From a virus, in IMG/VR virus record IMGVR_UViG_3300031949_000019: DNA of 64,000 nucleotides; one strand, 5' to 3'. The notes beneath the pieces were generated by a model that was given only the letters and a program-made list of their open reading frames with translations, did no database searches and was not told the DNA's origin. This document shows, one piece after another, positions 60,969-64,000 of this stretch (the first letter of the stretch is position 1; every line of letters starts with the position of its first letter). The position numbers and the translations under genes are program-made.

Positions 60969-61592
60969 GTGAACAAAGAACGTGAATTACTAAGTTACCT
61001 AGCTGGGCTTTTAGATGCTGACGGGAGTTTTAGCATTATCTTGAACACTTCAATTCAAAAGAAGTTCGGTCGGCCTAACCCACAGTGGTATGAGTCTATA
61101 GCATTCAAACAGGTCACTGCGGTTGGGACAAAACTCCTGAAACGGACATTCGGGGGCTGTGCCTACTCGGAAAAACCTAGTATCGCGGGAGGTAAGCCGC
61201 TTTTTTGTTGGCGAGCTAATGGGCGGACGGGCGCTAAAGCATGCGAGCGTCTTATTCCATTCTTGCGCATCAAAAAACGCCAAGCGCGGCTTCTGCTTTT
61301 ATTGTCAGTACGCAAGGCCGCGAACGGCACTAAGCGTCTCAGTGTGCGAGAGGTGGCAGCAAGACAACGATTGCGCAACCAAGTGCGAAAGCTCAATTCC
61401 ACCGGAACCGCACCCCGCATCCAGAGACAAAGGAAGTTCAAAGAAGGCAGCATCCACCGGGTAGTAGAATTTCAGGGAACCAAAAAGACCGTTGAGCAAT
61501 GGGCACACTTGAAGGGAATGAAGCCGCACACCTTGGTTACGCGATTGCGCAGAATGTCCTCAGAACGCGCGCTCATTATGAAAGCGGCTTAA
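60969..61592 (+). CDS. free-standing LAGLIDADG homing endonuclease
   Basis: LSYLAGLLDADGSFSI motif, FGG...PFLRIKKRQA; start set at GTG 60969 (track ORF starts 60801). Confidence 0.9.
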   Translation: MNKERELLSYLAGLLDADGSFSIILNTSIQKKFGRPNPQWYESIAFKQVTAVGTKLLKRTFGGCAYSEKPSIAGGKPLFCWRANGRTGAKACERLIPFLRIKKRQARLLLLLSVRKAANGTKRLSVREVAARQRLRNQVRKLNSTGTAPRIQRQRKFKEGSIHRVVEFQGTKKTVEQWAHLKGMKPHTLVTRLRRMSSERALIMKAA

Positions 61593-61676
61593 AGGCTATT
61601 GGGACCTTCCCAAACGAGCAAAGAAGTTTAAACAATAAGTCCCTACTGGGGATATACCGAAGAAGGAGAAGAAGCA

Positions 61677-62054
61677 ATGACATTCCAGACGCAAACCGAT
61701 AAGAACCGCGCATGGAAAAAGGTGCTAATCGCTATCGACAAAATGATTGACCTTGAGGATATGGGCGCAGGATGCGATGCGGTAGCTCGTTTGCTGGATT
61801 CACTTCGCGGCCTTGAGTCAACTATTGCAGCAGCCGATGTTCACCTTCAGGAGAATGTGATGCGCAAGCAAGATGTTATCGGACGAAAAATCGTGGGCAT
61901 TAAGCGAGAAGGTCTACATACAACCGCAGGCTATGAGAACTGCGTTGTGTCGCTAATCCTAGACAACGGCAACATGATTTATGCGCGGGCTCACGAAATG
62001 CAGGATGTTGCTGCGGCGTCACTAGAACTCGTAGATACTAAACCTAAAAGCTAA
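61677..62054 (+). CDS. hypothetical protein
   Basis: 125 aa, AAGGAG RBS. Confidence 0.65.
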   Translation: MTFQTQTDKNRAWKKVLIAIDKMIDLEDMGAGCDAVARLLDSLRGLESTIAAADVHLQENVMRKQDVIGRKIVGIKREGLHTTAGYENCVVSLILDNGNMIYARAHEMQDVAAASLELVDTKPKS

Positions 62055-62079
62055 GGCCCGATGCCTTAAAGGAGATGAA

Positions 62080-62271
62080 ATGAAATACGAAGAAACACCT
62101 ATTGGCGAAGTTACAACCCGCGCCAAAAACGATATGGCTTTGATTCAGCAAGACGTTGAGCAAAAACGCTGGTCCTCAGTTATTGAAGGCGTGAAGTATC
62201 AAGTCAGTGCTTTCACCGAATTGCTGGCAGACTTAGAAACGCTGCAAAAGCGCGGAGTCCTTCGCGGCTAA
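62080..62271 (+). CDS. hypothetical protein
   Basis: 63 aa, AAAGGAG RBS. Confidence 0.65.
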   Translation: MKYEETPIGEVTTRAKNDMALIQQDVEQKRWSSVIEGVKYQVSAFTELLADLETLQKRGVLRG

Positions 62272-62399
62272 ACAATAAAGGCCCTGGAAACCTCCAAGTA
62301 AAGTGATTAAGATACTTATTTTGTGCGCAATAGCTTGGATTAGTGGATTGCTTTTCGGAATTGGCACCGGAATAAAGTGGGCAAACCGACGGCGCGAGG

Positions 62400-62660
62400 C
62401 TAACAGTTCCGAAATGCCTTGCATTGATCTGGAAACAGCAAAACATCATGGCGGCGAGGATTGATTTTATCATCAAGGAACAGGAAACAGTCTTCAGTTC
62501 CCTCTGGAACTTTGTCCATAGTGACCCAAGCCCCATCGTCTTGTATGCGTAAGTTGGATACAGTTCCAGTCACACCGTATAACACATGCTTGCTTTCGCC
62601 CACTTGAATCCGTTGGTTATTTTGAAAACATTTCATTGGCCGCCTTCCCTCAACTCCCAA
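62400..62660 (-). CDS. small SH3/KOW-like hypothetical protein
   Basis: IQVG...GVTGTV...AWV pattern; likely start MKCF. Confidence 0.5.
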   Translation of the reverse strand: MGVEGRRPMKCFQNNQRIQVGESKHVLYGVTGTVSNLRIQDDGAWVTMDKVPEGTEDCFLFLDDKINPRRHDVLLFPDQCKAFRNC

Positions 62661-62664
62661 TTTC

Positions 62665-62928
62665 TCAAAGAGCTTTTATTTCCTCAACTGTCATCAAACA
62701 GAGCGGCCAGCCGTGCTCCCCGTGATAGCCCATTCCTTCAATCACCGCTCGCTGGAATTCAAACGCCGCATTCTCGGCTACGATTAGTTTCTCAATGATC
62801 GTCCCAACATTTTCCAGTGTGCCGCCATTGTCCTGAAACCGCTCGATTGATTCGCAGGTAGAAGTAAAAAGACTCGCAACCAAGTCGCCGTCCAACACGA
62901 CCTTACACTCTGGGCATGGTTTAGGCAT
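62665..62928 (-). CDS. hypothetical protein
   Basis: 87 aa, AAAGGAG RBS, CPEC. Confidence 0.65.
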   Translation of the reverse strand: MPKPCPECKVVLDGDLVASLFTSTCESIERFQDNGGTLENVGTIIEKLIVAENAAFEFQRAVIEGMGYHGEHGWPLCLMTVEEIKAL

Positions 62929-62938
62929 TGAAACTCCT

Positions 62939-63427
62939 TTACTGAGATAGTCGAATTCCTTTTTGACTCATTGCGGCTTTCACGTCGCGCATCTCGTCTC
63001 TCTGCTTCTCACGCTGAAGCTCTGCAACTCTGCGCTCAGTAGCAAGATCATTCTTAATTTCGGCCTGCTGTTCCTTGAATGTTTGGGTACGTTCATTTAG
63101 CAGCGTTTTCATCTCGATTATGGCGTCCCGCGTGTCACGCTGATCCGAGGTGTTTGATTTGTAAGCCCAGCCAACCGCGCCGATAAATGCTGCTAACAGC
63201 ACCGCCGCGATAGTGGGCGTCAATACAAAACCCTTCTCTAGGTTTCTGCCTGCCACGGTGAGGTTCTCCCATTGGAAATACTTGCGCCACCATTCTGTTG
63301 ACGCAGTAAGGATTGGGATAGAATGCAAAGGACGTTGCCCATTGCTACTAGCACGCGCTCTTTCTGTCGCTCGAATAGAGTGTCGTGTTGCATCCACGTT
63401 TTCTACCAGATCGTCTTCTGCTCGCAT
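62939..63427 (-). CDS. single-TM protein with C-terminal coiled coil
   Basis: TIAAVLLAAFIGAVGWAY then heptads; TATGAT 6 nt before ATG. Confidence 0.7.
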   Translation of the reverse strand: MRAEDDLVENVDATRHSIRATERARASSNGQRPLHSIPILTASTEWWRKYFQWENLTVAGRNLEKGFVLTPTIAAVLLAAFIGAVGWAYKSNTSDQRDTRDAIIEMKTLLNERTQTFKEQQAEIKNDLATERRVAELQREKQRDEMRDVKAAMSQKGIRLSQ

Positions 63428-63608
63428 AAGCCTATCATAAACTGTTTATTCTGCCAGCGAGGTTTCAATTGTCTTTCATTTCGCTTATTTAAGCGGGCCA
63501 ACCAGTTCGTGCCAGTCGGCCCGCCCCTCATGAAGTTCCCCAACACGGCTATTCACCTGTCAAAGAACTATCTGCATCACGTAGATGCTCCTTGGTTTTA
63601 GCCACTTG

Positions 63609-63785
63609 TCAAATGTTTGGCTCCTCTGCATGGACTGGGGACGCCAACTCCTCGATAACTTCTGAATAATCTATGATGCTTTGCACTATTTTCCAGCCAC
63701 AGAAGGGACAAAGGATCTCAACATCGGGATAGTCCGACACGTCTACCGTGGGCATTTGACAGCGAGGACAAAAGTATTCAGCCAT
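63609..63785 (-). CDS. small zinc-ribbon protein
   Basis: CPRC...CPFCG; start MAEYF after GGTGAG. Confidence 0.6.
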   Translation of the reverse strand: MAEYFCPRCQMPTVDVSDYPDVEILCPFCGWKIVQSIIDYSEVIEELASPVHAEEPNI

Positions 63786-63806
63786 AAAACACACTCACCA
63801 AATTAT

Positions 63807-63971
63807 TCATGTCCTTCGGTTAATATAAACAGCCCACAGAATTAGACCCGCAGGCAGCGTTGCTGCTATCAAAACAATATTAAGAATTGGCTGGACAGAA
63901 CCCGACCACAAGATAGCGACATTCGCGAATGCGATTAAAACCAACAGAAGCGCCAACATTTTCATTAACAT
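63807..63971 (-). CDS. 54-aa two-TM membrane protein (below ORF-track cutoff; holin-like candidate)
   Basis: MLMKMLALLLVLIAFANVAILWSG...ILNIVLIAATLPAGLILWAVYINRRT*, GAGG RBS. Confidence 0.55.
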   Translation of the reverse strand: MLMKMLALLLVLIAFANVAILWSGSVQPILNIVLIAATLPAGLILWAVYINRRT

Positions 63972-64000
63972 ACTGGACCTCACATAAACACACTCACCAT

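Noticed and set aside
60801-61592. LAGLIDADG as part of an intein or group I intron
   Set aside because: No flanking extein or Cys...His-Asn splice motifs, no interrupted gene, and it has its own promoter.
1-64000. CRISPR array, diversity-generating retroelement, retron
   Set aside because: No regularly spaced repeats, no reverse transcriptase motif, no adenine-specific template/variable repeat pair; the duplications at 44-45 kb differ at synonymous, non-A-biased sites.
1-64000. Alternative genetic code (stop-codon reassignment)
   Set aside because: Large genes are intact under the standard code; the few breaks have ATGA-type coupling.

Overview
The whole window is phage DNA, from a temperate, podovirus-like tailed phage. 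It appears to be in the unintegrated (attP) state: a 3'-half copy of tRNA-Lys(UUU) at 3216-3257 sits beside a tyrosine integrase with phage genes on both sides. Layout: (i) 1-9.8 kb, + strand early/accessory genes (DNA methylase end, beta-clamp-like protein, Xis/Int, ASCH, NinG, small ORFs). (ii) 9.8-58 kb, a long - strand morphogenesis arm: TerS-like, small accessory ORFs, scaffold-like, major capsid, adaptor, TerL, portal, ejection proteins including a 2334-aa SLT/LPD38-like protein, tail proteins, five Gly-X-Ser repeat proteins and a glycosyltransferase/methyltransferase cluster. (iii) 58-64 kb, small accessory ORFs and a LAGLIDADG endonuclease. Four things stand out. (1) An intact HNH endonuclease gene with its own promoter, hairpin and RBS lies entirely antisense and in codon register inside the still-open 2334-aa virion gene, and shares its expression cassette design with two free-standing HNH genes. 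(2) A candidate virion-fibre glycosylation system: Pro-poor (Gly-X-Ser)n proteins flank GT2, split GT9 and SAM-methyltransferase genes. (3) Recurrent duplicated gene-start/gene-end scars, including a 49-aa chimeric mini-ORF that separates two cargo cassettes. (4) At least eight promoter-like -10 boxes lie 6-8 nt before a start codon, suggesting leaderless mRNAs. All product calls come from motif recognition by eye; no database searches were run. No CRISPR array, rRNA, complete tRNA, reverse transcriptase or clear endolysin was seen.
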